Below the pieces are notes generated by a model. It was not told the origin of the DNA and made no database searches. It worked only from the letters and a program-made list of their open reading frames with translations. From Lingula anatina (taxonomy: Eukaryota; Animalia; Brachiopoda), in the NCBI GenBank assembly GCA_051362555.1, contig CM120647.1, forward strand, positions 16,034,651 through 16,098,650: DNA of 64,000 bases. Reading direction: 5' to 3'. The translations under genes and the position numbers were made by a program. Positions 30,041 to 42,537 of the stretch are shown piece after piece. The first letter of the stretch is position 1; each line of letters begins with the position of its first letter.

Positions 30041-30373
30041 TATTTTGTCCCGAAATTATTATGATGAATTATTGGCAGTTTTCACCAAAGTTCATATAAA
30101 ACTCAGAGATAACTTTCAAAAAAAAAAAAAAAGATACAGAGGCAGATATCTGTTCTAATACAAGTATCCTGTGTCAAAAACGATTTTGATTGTCGTCCCT
30201 TTAATTTTTTTTTCTTATCACCTTTAAATTAAATAATCCGCTAACCGGGTTAACCTGTATTGCAAAATTAATCTCCATTGCATATATTAATTAATACTCA
30301 GTAGGTTCAATCCTACGGTTTTCATGATTTCATGTTTTCATGGATAGCCCCCGGATCGACCAAATTGCTCATC

Positions 30374-31953
30374 TTACAGCTTGGACTTCGTTCGCCTCTT
30401 CGCGATTTCGTCACGTATGAGCCGCCGTAAAATCTTGCCGCTCGCGGACTTGGGAATCTCATCTACAAACTCTACTCCTCCTCTCAGACGTTTGTATGGC
30501 GCAAGTTTACCTAAGAATTGAAAAATAATTTGCAACATGAACGGTTATTGTACATGCTTGCATCTAAGGCACTTACCTCGTTTTGAATCTAATAAAGATG
30601 TATTTCTTAAAAGTAATTTTGCTTTGTTACAAGATTGTCATATTTCTTCCGGAGATTTGAAAAAAAAAAAAAAATTCACAATAATATTTATCAAGTCATT
30701 TTGGAAATAATGAATAAACAAACAAATAAATAAAACAACTATAATTGTATACAAACAAACAAACGCATTGTGTCATTTTTATATGGTTCATATCTGATTC
30801 TCTTATTGGGCTACACTGTATAGGCCATTAATCATTTCAGTTGTTTTACTAAAGGCTACTTATTTCCATTGCTGATATAAGCAACAATGCTAGAAACTGA
30901 AATGTTCTAAATCTTATTCAGTCCTCATAACTATTTTAGAATTTACAAAATAAGCAATTTAAGCGGTTGAAGAAATTCTGACCTGCCACAAAATCCGCCA
31001 CTTCTTTCTTGGTCGCCTTTTTGCCCTCTTTCAAGATCACCATGGCGAACGGAAGTTCCCCTGCTTCTTGATCGGGAATCCCCACCACGGCGGCGTCCAA
31101 TATGGCCGGATGGGATAACAACACCGCCTCCAGTTCAGCAGGCGGGACCTGTGAAATTACGGATTCTGTTTTAGTAATAATGGATAAATTGAGCTGATGC
31201 GCATGGTGCAAAGAGTAACTTCTGTATTTTTGTTTTACTTTTACCAGAAGTTTGCCATCTAGGCCTACTAGAACATACCGGGGTATTTATAAGGATCAAT
31301 ATTTTTTTGCAGTGATTTATTTTACTAAAGAAATACATATAGTAAAGCTCTGAAATATTTTATTTATCTATGCACCTAAAAAGATGGTACAAAACGGCTA
31401 CTTATTTCCAATACACACAGTAAAAATGTGTACCAAAAATTTTGAGATTTTGAACATTATTAGATAAACACTTCAGAAAATGCAATGCCCATTCTAAATA
31501 TTTTTTCTGGAATGTCTGTCACAAAATAGAGCATGGTTGTACGTTTTCTTACCTGAAAGCCTTTGTACTTTATCAGCTCCTTGAGACGCTCTACAATGTA
31601 CAGCTGATGTCCGCTGTCATAGTGACCAATGTCGCCTACATGTAATTATAGAAATTTGTGTTAACTTTTTAAATCGTCGATGCTGAACAAAATAGGCCTA
31701 TACACAAAGTAACAAAACACGCAAACAGGGTACTAGTTACTAGTACTAAGTACATGCACTCGCACAAGCACATTTTCTGACGGTCTTCCAAATTATTTTT
31801 GTTGATCAATCCTCCAAATTTGACCGTCTTCCAACAGAAAAATTAGATACCTGTTAATGTAAACTTGAAAATCTGACCGTCTTCTGGAAGACCCAGAAGA
31901 CGGCCTAAATCCGCCCCTCCACACACTCACACACACATAGACACACACACACA

Positions 31954-31999
<46 letters not shown>

Positions 32000-34900
32000 G
32001 AGAGGGAGACAGAGAGAGAGAGAGAGAGGTAAATTTCCCCAATAACTCACCAGTGTGAAGCCAGCCATCTTTGTCCACAGTGGCCGCCGTGGCCTCGGGG
32101 TTGTTCAAGTAACCCTTCATTACTTGGGGTCCTCGGAACCAGAGCTCGCCATCTCGGTCTTGACCTAATTCTTTGCCTGTCTCAATGTCCACGACCTAAC
32201 AACGATATTGATAAGTGAATTTTGATATTAACAATGGCGAATCCAGAGAGGAGGCGTGGGTGTGTGTTTGTGTGTGTGTGGGGAGGGGGAGGGGTAGGCA
32301 AATGCACACCCCTTAAATTGTACTTTTAAAACTTCACCCTTAGTTCTCCCTCCAATAATGACATAAAGAACGATATGAGACAAAACCAAACAATTAGCAT
32401 TCTTGGATATTACATATTATACTACTATTGTCCTCGTCTACTGTTTTTTTTTCATTTCATCCTTGTGTTTTCTCCCACTCCCTGACAGAGTTCCTGGATT
32501 TGTGGTGAATATATGATATTTCTAGTATACAGTAGGAACGTCAAGGAAAATAGGCCCTACACAGGCCCGTAGCCAGCAATTTCAAAGGGGGGTTCTTTTT
32601 CTGAAAAAGTGGACCTATTACCATATAATCCCCATGTACCTAGGTCAAATTTTACCCTTTTTCCAGCAAAAAGGGGGGTTCTTTCGAACCCCCCGAACCC
32701 CCCTGGCTACGGGCCTGCTACATGTGGCCCTGACGATCTCGCATAACACCACATAAGGCCGGGGATGCGCATTTTGTCCACCCTGTATATATATATATAT
32801 ATGGATGGTTTCCACTAATGTCCCTATCGTAGTATACGGTCTTGCTAGTAATTTGAGCAAAAGAAGCGGATGGAGTGCAGTACTTTACCGATAAATGTAC
32901 ACGCAGGGTGGTTAGTCCTTTATACACAAAAAAATCTTTGGGAATAAAGAAACATCTTCACTTAAAGGTACTCCCCTCACACATCCCCAGCCAAGTAAGT
33001 TAGGACGCATACATAAATACATGTGTATATATAGTAACGATGTAAGCATATGGTTGAGGTACCTTGCATTCGGTATTAGGCAAGAGCACCCCGGAAGCCC
33101 CGGGGTGACGGTCTGTGGGGGGTGAGGCGGACACACAGGGACTGGTCTCGGTCAACCCGTACCCTGGAAACCGCACAAATACACTCTGAGGCATTTTATA
33201 ATTCATCTAACGGTGCAATTTATTCATCAGTTTGATACTTGTTATGAAAAACGTTACAAACAATATAATATCATGAATAAATCTAAAATTATAAACACTT
33301 TTAAAACACTTAGTTTACTTTGTGCATGTTCTTTTTATAAATGTGTGAATTTATTTATTTATTTAATTTCCTATTTTTTTAATTAATTTATTTATTTGTT
33401 TCTTCATTAATTTATTAATTTATTATTTATCCATCTTTCAATAACCTATGTGTAAAGCCTTACCCTGTCCCACCTCTGTATTAAACCTTTTCTTCAGTTC
33501 TCTCTCAGTCTCTACCCCCAGAGGTGCGGCCGCACACAGGATGTCCTCCAGACAGCTCAGGTCATAGTTATCCACTATAGGGTGCTTGGCAAGTAGGAGG
33601 GCCATAGGGGGGACGCAGGGTAGCATGCGGACCTATACAAGGGAGTATTAGTATTTAAGAGCTCGAGTGTGGTATCTTTTACGCTGAATCTATTAAACTC
33701 CTTGGTTGAAGTAAGTCAATTTGGACAGACATAATGGTAAACTGGTGAAAAGGGGCACACGTCTGAGTACACAAGATTATCATTATTCTTAAAGGTCTGA
33801 CAGGTGTACACCATTAGACCATTAGCAAAAATGTCATATTGGTTGGGCAGAAGTCTTGATTAAGGTCTTCCACGTCGTTGAAGAAATATTAGTTAATGAC
33901 GAAAGCACCGACGGTAAGGCGAATAAGGACTCCATTGTCCCCACAGTAACAAAACATTCCAAAACACATAACACGATTTTCGAAGTTATAAGAAGAGAAA
34001 AAAGTAAAGAAAGAAGAAGAAGAATGAGCAACCCCTCCTCACAGCTCCCTCTGGCGGACCACGACAAGCCCTACCCTGTATTTCTGTATCGACTCTAAGA
34101 AAAGCAGCGGGTTGAACTGACTGATGCAGACGACCTTCTGCTTGTATTTGATTCCACCCAACATGATCACCAGCATCCCAAAACTATGGAAAAACGGCAG
34201 GGCGCCCATCAAAGCATCTCCGGGTTTTCCTCTATAAACCAATTCTCTGAAACAGTATATGTATTGATATATATAATCTTAGCTTGGAAATGCCTTCTAC
34301 AGGTACCGTTTTATTATCTACATAAACTCTACAAGTTAAATAACAGGGACAGTGTTTTTTTCCAAAGTGACCTTTATGACCTCGAAAATAAACAAAACAA
34401 AATAAAAAAGAAGGGGAAATGAAATAAAACACAAACATGAACACCAGAAGTAAGACGTACCTTTTGATGACTTACAAAATCATACCAAATCTACTGTACG
34501 TTGTACAATGTATACTTTGTCCTCAATGTAAGTCTGGCTAGCATTTTATAACAAAACATACCAAGCACGTTGTCTTTTACTCTTGACACAGTTAGGAAAT
34601 GAGACACTGGAACCGCCTGTACCACAATCTACTAACCTCATCTGTATCAGATTACCAACTACATTATAGTGTGTCAGCATCACAGCCTTTGGTAAACCGG
34701 TCGTTCCGCTAGAGGACGGCAGGATCGCTACGTCTTCCTTTGGGTTAACCGGGACATATTTTGGGCACATGGACCCATCATCGGCCAAAAGTTCCGAGAA
34801 TGAACGGCACCCTGGCGCTTCGCCGAAAACGTACACAGCCTACAGATAAAAAAATAAAATGAAATATATTTCCAACGTACATGTATTTGAACGTTTGTTT

Positions 34901-36060
34901 TCGTTTTTGTGTAACCGTCTGCATACCTTTTGGAATCGCCTGTATCTACCATCTACCCTAACTACCTCAACTGGTCAATTCCCGAGCAGTTAAGACCGAC
35001 TATCTGTTATCTATCTGTTTCAATGACCGCTATCTTTATATACAAATAAGCCACTTGTATTTTGCCTGTATTTTGGCAGTATATTACCCACCTTCAATCC
35101 AACCTCACTGGCCGCTTGTTGAGCAATTGGAACTGCGTCTTCAAATGTGATGATGTACTGGGCTGCCGTGTTCTTTAACTGCGGTATCAACTCGTCTGGA
35201 TTATGGAAGTGTATATTTGCATTAAGGCCCCTAATAAATCTGATAGTTTTTGAACGCAAACAACACATCGACATACATTAGCAATAGTTATTTAACTCTG
35301 TAAAAAAATCTAATTCAGAGTGAAAAAATATCATGGGCCTAGTGTCAGAACAGATCAACTTATCCTTGTCGCCCAAAGGTACATATTCCTTTCATTTCTT
35401 TATACTCAAGGTTATTATACTTTAACAAATGAGAGAGGACTTCATAACTACATAACAAAAAACTAGCACTCCTATTGTCAAGCACACCATAAGGATAAAT
35501 TAAGCAGTCTAATTTATTAAATTCAAGTACATTTACCGCAAAGAATAACCAAAATTTATTACAACCTGCCTTTTGATGTGTGCGTGCACCCTAAAAGAGA
35601 AATGGACCGAAACCAGTGTTATTAAACCAAGGGCATTCCCCTGGCTATACATACCATGTCTGTACATAGGGTTCGCCGTTGTCACGACTCCACCCACAGC
35701 TAATACTCCTAGGAACATGAGAGCGAACTCTGGAATGTTCGGACAGTAGATGCAGAAGACGTCCCCCTTGCCGAACCCCAGCCGCGTGAGCGCGCTCGCA
35801 ACGCGCCTGACGTAAAACCTGACCTCATTAAACGTGTATTCTTTGCCCGTTTCAGCACTCACCTGTAAAGAAGATATGGATTTATCTGGTGATTCATTGC
35901 TTCATAATGTTGTTAATTTCAAATGAAGGGATTTTTTCCTTAATAAGTGGACCTTTCATTTTTACCAGACCAGATGCAGATTTAGGAGGACTAAAGAGGC
36001 GTAAAGTTTGATCCCTCGGCCAACCCCCTTCCCCTAGACTGATCAGTGGTGTGATGTGGT

Positions 36061-36100
<40 letters not shown>

Positions 36101-36269
36101 CTGTGTGTGTGTGTGAGAGAGAGAGAGACTGTGTGTGTGTGAGAGAGAGAGAGAGACTGTGTGTGTGTGTGTGAGAGAGAGAGAGACTGTGTGTGTGTGA
36201 GAGAGAGAGAGAGACTGTGTGCGTGTGTGAGAGAGAGAGAGACTGTGTGTGTGTGTGAGAGAGAGAGAG

Positions 36270-36309
<40 letters not shown>

Positions 36310-36341
36310 AGACTGTGTGTGAGAGAGAGAGAGAGAGAGAC

Positions 36342-36405
<64 letters not shown>

Positions 36406-37725
36406 TGTGTGTGTGTGAGACAGAGAGAGAAAGGGTGTGTGTGTGTGTGTGTGTGTGTGAGTGCGTGCGTGTGCCTGCACAGCTGTGAACGTATAATGTA
36501 TGTGTGTTTTAATTAGAAAGAACCAATTGAAGTACACACCTTTAATAACCAGCTGAGACTTACAAGATGCCAGCATAAGCATAATTCATATCGAAATCTA
36601 AAGAACATTAACTTTTTCCCATATGTTGGCTCCCCTTTTTGTTAATCAACTAAGCGACAGAACAATTGACATGCATGCCCTTTTAAATTATTGGATCTCA
36701 TTTAATAACAATCAAAGACCTTACAAGGTGACAAATACCGCAGTCTATGTAGAAGATACCCGTATATTATATCAAATTTGATATGCTAACAGCACTGATA
36801 ACACATTTTTGTGGTGTCATGGTCTCAGAAATCTACTTGGTCAAACCGTCGCGAGACAAATGAATTGTGGTTTTAAGTCAGCTTTAATTAAGGGTATTGT
36901 CGATACCTTTTTATCTTTACAGTATACAGATATGGTTATATATAACCAATAAATCATTAAATCAACTTTAGTAAAATACATTTTTGAATAAAAATTGACG
37001 ACGACGGTCTAGGCAGGGAGCATTCCTGCCACGTCACACCGTTATCAAGCCTTAACCTTACACCTAGATAGCACTGAGTTAATAAACCCTGGGGGAACAA
37101 AGGTGAGTCGGTTGTTTGTGTAACGAAGGTTATGGTGGCGCTGGTGTTGGGGGGGGGGGGGCAATGATTATCATAATTTTAACAACGTTATACTGGTAGG
37201 AAAAAAACAGTGTTGATTGAATTTTCAAAGTGAGTAAAACGTTTTTATAGCTGGGCGTTATGCATTTGTGACAGTAAAGTATGTTCCTTTGGGGGTTAGA
37301 CGATGAATTATTTCTTATTATTCGTGGTTCCGGGAGAGTGAAACCGTTGATACAATCTTCTTCATGTAGAACCCTAAAATAATCAAACATAGTCTGTAAA
37401 CTGTTTACTAAATATATGTAAGAGCATGCCTGTGACCTCATTTACACCTCTATATTGGCTTTGGCTGTTTTTAAAACTCATTCACGCGCATTCTGCATGT
37501 CGCCTCCTTTGTTTTCTAAATGTGTTGCGTTCTTTCTAGGCATTGTGTGCGTACTGATACAATGTAGATCGAAGACATAGATCGAGTGTCGTGTTTTCGA
37601 CAAGACCTGTGTATCAGAACTCGGTAACCGGAGAAGTTTGTTATGTCGTTCTGTCTGACACTTCAAGTACTTGGAAGTCTCAGAATGTGTACGTGTTACA
37701 ATGATGATGATATGTGTGTGTGTGT

Positions 37726-37757
<32 letters not shown>

Positions 37758-38120
37758 GGGAGGGGAGCGTCAGAAACAGTTCAGACTGTAAATTACGTCT
37801 ATGCAGCAAACAGTTTACGTGTAGGAATGTTTTAAAGAACTCTTTTAAAGCCAACTAGTGTCTGTGTGCACCGTAGAATCACAAAAATATTCTGGCAGCC
37901 TACAGTAGAAGTCTCTAGCTAATTGTAAGGGCCTAAGATCTGCCTTATTAAAACCATGCTAAAGTCCACCTCTGTTACATAACTCTATACAGTATACCCT
38001 ATACAGTATACCTACCAGTGCAACGTAATCTTCATATTTCCCTCCGATATCCGCAAGCAGGAAGTCTGCCAGAGAAACCTCGGGAATGGCGACGTCGGGG
38101 TAGTGGCTTCTTATAACCAT
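30374..38120 (-). CDS. Peroxisomal luciferase-like / 4-coumarate--CoA ligase-like acyl-CoA synthetase (ANL adenylate-forming superfamily), 11 exons, 530 aa
   Basis: Exons (minus): 38120-38016, 35862-35655, 35195-35092, 34839-34637, 34246-34075, 33632-33464, 33163-33063, 32195-32051, 31635-31553, 31148-30983, 30510-30374. All introns GT-AG with consistent phases; total 1593 nt = 531 codons. Motifs: SSGTTGLPK (P-loop), [56 protein letters not shown] (catalytic Lys), C-terminal SKL* (PTS1). Confidence 0.95.
32562..32717. mobile_element. MITE with CAGGCCCGTAGCCAG TIRs in an intron of the acyl-CoA synthetase gene
   Basis: Perfect TIRs, apparent 5-bp TSD CTACA; second copy at about 52238-52389. 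Confidence 0.85.
36058..36472. repeat. Compound higher-order microsatellite [(TG)n(AG)m AC] in intron 1 of the acyl-CoA synthetase gene
   Basis: More than ten alternating TG and AG blocks of roughly 28-32 bp. Confidence 0.95.
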
Positions 38121-38388
38121 TCTGATTGCACGGCAAGCTACATGTACGTGTACAGACACAGGCTCAGGGTTAAAGAAATCAGAGCGCCGGAGCAGCACAG
38201 CGAGAGAGAGATCAGCAGCGATATCTGCTTATGTGTGTGCGTAACGTAAATAGAACAGAGAAACTGGGTCAAGCGCACTTAAGGTGTCAAGGTCGAACGG
38301 TAATGTGGCAAATTGGAGAAATGGCGCTGCATGGCAATCAGTCGATTATATTTATCATTCAGTACTTATAAGGCTTATGAGATACCAG

Positions 38389-38683
38389 TGTAACCGAGTG
38401 TTTCTTGTATTTTATAGCATGGCAACAAAGTTGATTGGTTTTCCAAAAATTAACGTTTATTCAATTCAATTATGGCATATAGAGTCATATGTAATAAAAT
38501 GACATACAAAATGGCATATATAAGGCCCCCCTGATAACACTGAAAAAGCCTAGAGCACACAACACACGTGTCTCTTCGTCTCTCCACACACACAGTGAAT
38601 GAATACTAAGGTCAAATTCACCGCGTCACTTCTGGAGTTACCGGAAGTTACGTATTTTCATGAATGTCTTATCACTTGTCACA
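38389..38683 (-). repeat. 3' LTR of Gypsy element
   Basis: TGTAACCGAG...CTTGTCACA, matches 48410-48704; minus-strand TATA-like TATATAT near 38516-38523 and AATAAA at 38456-38461. Confidence 0.97.
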
Positions 38684-38695
38684 TTCTCCCCTCCT
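38684..38695 (-). other. Polypurine tract
   Basis: Minus strand AGGAGGGGAGAA abuts the 3' LTR. Confidence 0.9.
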
Positions 38696-38908
38696 AATTG
38701 TTTTGTCGTCCCAGACAAAATAATTGTTACAGTAATTACTTATAAAAAATTTGCATAAGTTTGTCTTAAACTATATATACCATAATCAAAACAACAATAA
38801 ACCATTATATATAATAACTATTATTTACATGACACCAGTATATCACTTAATTATAACTATTCTTTACTCTCTTTAATCAAATACTTAAACCAAAGCTTAC
38901 ATCATTTA

Positions 38909-39160
38909 AGTTATCAGAGACATCCAATGTACATTAACATAGTAAGTATAATGCATCTTACAAGAACTCTCTCTCTACTTAAACCTTAGCCTACACAACA
39001 TACTTGATAAAAGTTATCAGAGACATCCAATGTACATTAACATAGTAAGTATAATGCATCTTACAAGAACTCTCTCTCTACTTAAACCTTAGCCTACACA
39101 ACATACTTGATAAAAGTTATCAGAGACATCCAATGTACATTAACATAGTAAGTATAATGC
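38909..39160. repeat. 103-bp tandem repeat in the Gypsy 3' region; third unit interrupted by the nested transposon
   Basis: AGTTATCAGAGACATCC starts at 38909, 39012 and 39115; the unit resumes at 42167 (GCATCTTACAAGAAC). Confidence 0.9.
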
Positions 39161-42100
39161 CCCAGACAGCCTCAATAATCTGGCCCACGTCTGGCCCAGA
39201 TCTGGCAACGTCTGGCAATATCTGGGCCAGATTTTGCCAGACACTTGCCAGATCTGGGCCAAGTCTGGCAAAGTCTGGCATTTATGCCACATTTTGCCAG
39301 ACACTTGCCAGATCTGGGCCAAGTCTGGCAAAGTCTGGCATTTACGCCACATTTTGCCAGATGCTGCCCAGACTTGGGCCAGATATGGTACTTTCATTTT
39401 CAATTTTTATTTTCTATTTATTTATTTTTTATTGACCAGTGAGCTGAATGCATTGAACTGACGTCATTTGATAAATTTTGATTTAATTTATCTCTCTCTT
39501 TTTTCTTCAAAGTCCCCTCATAAGTGTGCTATTTGTTTAATTTGACTTGACATTTGAATGAATTCACTGATCTAAAACTTTTTTGGACTACTCGTTCCGC
39601 TGTTGTAAGATTCCGCTTTTTATGCTAAGCCGGTCAAGGACCCGGATGTAGCGTTTCTTAGAGTTATGGATATGAAAAAAGCACAAGCGTATCAAACTGA
39701 TACAATTTCGTTGAGTGATTTGATTCGTGGTGCGATTTATTTCGAAGGCATCAACACTGGCGACGAGGATAAACACTAGTGCAAAACTGTGAGTCAAGTT
39801 TCTTTGAAAAAAATGGAGAAAAAATGTGAAATTACGGAATTCGAACCGTACAGAAGTCCGGAGACATTGGGTCACGCTCGACGCGATGGCTAGACAGTTT
39901 AAACTTTTCGCTGACGGAAAAAGATTGATCTTTTCAAAACCAACGAACGGCATGAATAATGAACAAAGATAGAAAATTAAAAATACATGACAAAGGAGAC
40001 GCGCGCTTATGTTGTATTCAGCAGGGACAGGTGTACAACTTACAAGATATTTTCAGGACTCTCCCAAACACAGGTTAGAAACATGAATATACATAAGACA
40101 GTTAACGCTTTGAATGAAATTGGAACACCAGAAACTGAGTATGATGAAACTGAAGTCATTTGACAAACCAAGCCAGTCTAAACATTACGAGTTTAGACAT
40201 GAAAAACGAAGTAGAAACTCCCTGACTGAGAAAACATGGAACGTTGGATCACTTTGCAAAACTCTGCAAAACTGAAACTATTATTCATGTAAATGACAGC
40301 TTTGAACATGAAAATCCAGGAGTGCATATACATTTGGTGTGGGAACCAATGCACAGAAGACATGGAGGAAATAGAGGAGGTGTTAATCTCAGTGTATTTC
40401 CAGATTCAGGTGCATATTGTAATATCATTGATGAAAATACATGGAGAATGCTGAAATCCAAGAAAAATAAATGTGGCTCTTGTGGAGGACCAGAAAACAA
40501 ACAGTATTATTCATGTTCACGTCTGAGAAACCTTTAAAAGTGAAGGGAACATTTGAATATGACGTAAAGGCAAGCAAAGGAAGAGACCAGTAGTAGTGAA
40601 AGGACATGGGATTTGATATGAGTTGATTAGTTTTGAGAATTTTCAGTGTGGTTTAAGGAATAAAAGTTGGAGTTCATATGCTATTCTGCAAATGTTTGAA
40701 AAGACATTTTAAAGACTGAACTGTCAATTAACATGTTTTGAAAGGACCGTTTCTCTCCAAGAAAGGAAGGGATGTTGTGTTTGGACTTGACATTTGAATG
40801 AACTTTTGTTAACTTGGTAGAGTTACTTGTTCCATTGTTGATTCCTTTAATAATTATAAGCTTGTCAAGGAGGCGGGTGTATCATTTCTTAGTGTTATGG
40901 ATTTGAAAAAAGCGCAAGCATTGCAAACTGGTTCAATTCATTGAGTGATTTGATTCGTGATGTGATTTAATTCAAAAGCATTGATACTGGGGTTTGTTTT
41001 TGTGCACATGTAATTCTCTTTTAATTGTACATCTATATCTGTGCTGGAGTATACATATTTTTTTTTCAGAATTTACATGTATGTACAGTACTGTAGCCAG
41101 CATGCAAGTTGAATTGAAACAGTTACTGCATGGTTATTTATAATTTTGTTATAACTCTCCATCATCTAAAAAAGAATGTTTTTTCATTCATTATTCAAGA
41201 TTTATTCATTACAAAACTATATTCATTAGTGATTATTATTATTAATGATATGTTTGAATTAGTTTAAAAATGACAATGTATAATATTATTTAGGTTGAGG
41301 TGTGCAAAAATATTTCCCCCTCAAATCCCCCCCCCCCCCCCCATGTACATGCATAATTAATTACAATTTTTGTAATTTGTGTTAATTCAGATTCGATGAG
41401 CAGCTTTGTGTTGAAAAAAAAATTGTTGTTATAACTGTTTTCTTTACATGTATGTAAGTGACATTTCCTCCTGTTAAGTGTCTGTATATTTGCCTTTTTG
41501 CAGTGTGGTTTTTTTTTTTTTTTTTTTTCAAACATACAAATTGTTTTGTACAAAAAAAAAAGGAGTGGCCCTTAATTTGTTGCATGTTAGTTGCCAGCAA
41601 GGTTATATAATGTGTAATAATTTTGTTTAGGCTTTTAGCACAGAATAAATACTTGAATCTTGAATCTTGTATGTCTTTTTTTATAGTTATCTTATTGAAT
41701 AATTAAAAATAATTAAAAAAAGAAAAAAAAAAAAAACAATCTGGGCCATATGTGGTCCATGTCCGGCCCTAATCTGGCCCACATCCGGCATGCCATACCT
41801 TTGCCAGATATTGCCAGATCTGGGCCAGATCTGGCCACATGAGCAAATGTGAAATAATAAAAAAAAAACAATCTGGGCCATATGTGGTCCATGTCTGGCC
41901 CTAATCTGGCCCATTTGAATATGATCTGGCCCATATCTGGCCCACATCTGGCATGCCATACATTTGCCAGATATTGCCAGATCTGGGCCGACATCTGGCC
42001 ATATGAGCAAATGTGGACTGGGCCAGATGTGGCAATGTCTGGGCCAGATCTGGCCCAGACATTGCCACATCTGGCCCACATGTGGCAAGCCATACCTTTT

Positions 42101-42166
42101 GCCAGACATTGCCAGACGTTGCCAGATCTGGGCCAGACGTGGGCCAGATCACTGAGGCTGTCTGGG
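39161..42166. mobile_element. Non-autonomous TIR DNA transposon (EnSpm/CACTA-like, foldback-type) nested in the Gypsy element
   Basis: Termini CCCAGACAGCCTCA...TGAGGCTGTCTGGG; 2-bp TSD GC (39159-39160, 42167-42168) shown by the uninterrupted repeat units; long subterminal arrays of AGATCTGGGCC/GGCCCAGATCT at about 39178-39385 and 41740-42150; no transposase. Confidence 0.88.
39530..40986 (+). pseudogene. Decayed, internally deleted Gypsy (Mag-like) LTR element inside the DNA transposon
   Basis: Diverged direct repeats (~39530-39756 and 40773-~40986, sharing GACTTGACATTTGAATGAA and TTGAGTGATTTGATTCGTG); PBS TGGCGACGAGGAT at 39758-39770 (tRNA-Ser-GCT type); PPT AAGAAAGGAAGGGA at 40759-40772; relic peptides RRALMLYSAG (gag), HFAKLCK (knuckle end), PDSGAYCNII (protease). 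Confidence 0.78.
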
Positions 42167-42537
42167 GCATCTTACAAGAACTATCTCTACTTTATCACTT
42201 AACTACCCTGTACAATCAAGATATCAACTTTATACTATCTAATCACACTCTTAATACTGGAGTCTTATACTTAACTACACTTAAACTACCTAATATATAC
42301 TAACTTATCACCCTCCTCATACTGGAGTCTTATACTTAAATACACTTAAACTATTAACTAAGTAATCACTATCCTAATACTGAATTTCTATCACTTAAAA
42401 ACACCTAAACTATCAACTACATACTAAGTAATCACCCACCTAATACTGGAGTATTATTACTTTGTAAAAAAAAAAATAAATACAACTATACCAGCTTAGC
42501 TGTCCTGAAAAATACCTAAGCATAACTACACATGTAC

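Noticed and set aside
6672-36582. ORFs with HTHT, SLSL, CVCV or RERE runs (e.g. 6672-7007, 8241-8660, 26175-26600, 36043-36582)
   Set aside because: Translations of dinucleotide microsatellites.
38121-38198. N-terminal extension of the acyl-CoA synthetase given by the ORF track
   Set aside because: It starts at a non-ATG codon; similarity to the family begins at ATG 38120 ([13 protein letters not shown]).
39133-42303. Overlapping ORFs rich in WARSGPDLA-type peptides on both strands, and a regular repeat pattern resembling a CRISPR array
   Set aside because: These come from near-palindromic subterminal repeats of the TIR transposon; there are no unique spacers or cas genes, and the context is eukaryotic.
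38696-42537. Possible env or third ORF in the long Gypsy 3' region
   Set aside because: The length is explained by the nested 3-kb transposon and tandem repeats; no suitable ORF.
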